Below, in pieces: positions 63,501 through 64,000 of a stretch of DNA of 64,000 nt. Source of the DNA: Candidatus Spongiisociaceae bacterium. GTDB lineage: Bacteria; Actinomycetota; Acidimicrobiia; Spongiisociales; Spongiisociaceae. Each line of letters starts with the position of its first letter. Within the stretch, counting starts at the first letter, position 1. The notes below the pieces were generated by a model, which did not search any database, was not told the origin of the DNA, and saw nothing but the letters and a program-made list of their open reading frames with translations. The DNA lies in the NCBI GenBank assembly GCA_965262915.1, contig OZ253564.1, forward strand, positions 4,096,001 to 4,160,000. Direction: 5' to 3'. A program made the position numbers and the translations under genes.

Positions 63501-64000
63501 GTGGCTCGCCTGTCATGGAATGAGATCCGAGTTCGAGCAGCCACCTTCGCCATGGAATGGCAGGACGCTGCCTACGAGAAGGGCGAAGCCCAGAGCTTCT
63601 ACAATGACTTCTTCAACGTGTTCGACGTAAAACGCCGTTCGGTGAGCCGCTACGAGGAGCACGTGAAGAAGCTCGACAACAGGTCCGGGTATATCGACTT
63701 GTTCTGGCCGGGTGTCTTGCTTGTTGAGCACAAAAGCGCCGGGAAGGATCTCGCGGCGGCGTACGACCAGGCTGGCGAGTACTTCGATGCGATCCCGGAG
63801 CGGGAGCGACCCCGCTATATCCTGGTGTCCGACTTCCAGAATTTCGAGCTTCGCGACTTGACCGAGCGGAGAACAGCCACGTTCGGTCTGGCCGATCTGC
63901 CCGACCATGTAGACAAGTTCGGGTTCGTGGTCGGCGTCAGTCGGCGGATGTTCCGCGATCAGGATCCGGTGAACATCGCAGCTGCCGAACTAGTGGGACG
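63501..64000 (+). CDS. MmeI-like type IIL restriction-modification enzyme, 5' part (runs off window; absent from the ORF track)
   Basis: GTG start; LSWNEIR.RA..F..EW...EKGEAQSF.NDFF..F...GYIDLFWPG.LLVEHKS.GKDL...PRYILVSDF. Confidence 0.88.
   Translation, partial: MARLSWNEIRVRAATFAMEWQDAAYEKGEAQSFYNDFFNVFDVKRRSVSRYEEHVKKLDNRSGYIDLFWPGVLLVEHKSAGKDLAAAYDQAGEYFDAIPERERPRYILVSDFQNFELRDLTERRTATFGLADLPDHVDKFGFVVGVSRRMFRDQDPVNIAAAELVG

Noticed and set aside
59500-64000. attR duplication of the tRNA 3' end, or TIRs for the tRNA-adjacent element
   Set aside because: None found by eye; short CGCTCCG matches near 62764 and 62805 are too weak

Overview
High-GC window, most likely from an Actinomycetota genome (WhiB, UPF0182, GuaB3 and Bpa genes). 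Acidimicrobiia, possibly host- or sponge-associated, is an inference only. Most of it is housekeeping: TCA cycle (sdhCAB, mdh, icd, sucCD), purine/folate (folD, purH, guaA, guaB3), tal, pcrA, trpS, cimA with an Ile-codon leader attenuator, hisN, tatA, HU, infA and two VapC-type toxin-antitoxin loci. Four IS elements have recognisable ends (IS1380, IS5, IS1634, IS1182), and two families of small CTAG-flanked MITE-like repeats are present. Several genes are damaged: an IS1380-split DivIVA-domain gene, a frameshifted FN3 lipoprotein, a truncated zinc metalloprotease, a ppsA fragment and a TauE gene with a stop at codon 2. The best candidate for an undescribed system starts right after tRNA-Arg(CCT). 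It is a two-gene module: a tyrosine-recombinase-fold protein lacking most catalytic residues plus a divergent DDE transposase. A winged-helix gene and an MmeI-like restriction-modification gene follow it. Other notable signals are two perfect DnaA boxes at the divIVA start, a recurrent TYAC-N6-GTRA palindrome (possible divergent SOS box), a ~62-aa Cys/Trp repeat in a lipoprotein, and a symmetric GT/CA skew in the mobile elements. All calls come from reading motifs by eye; no database search was run.
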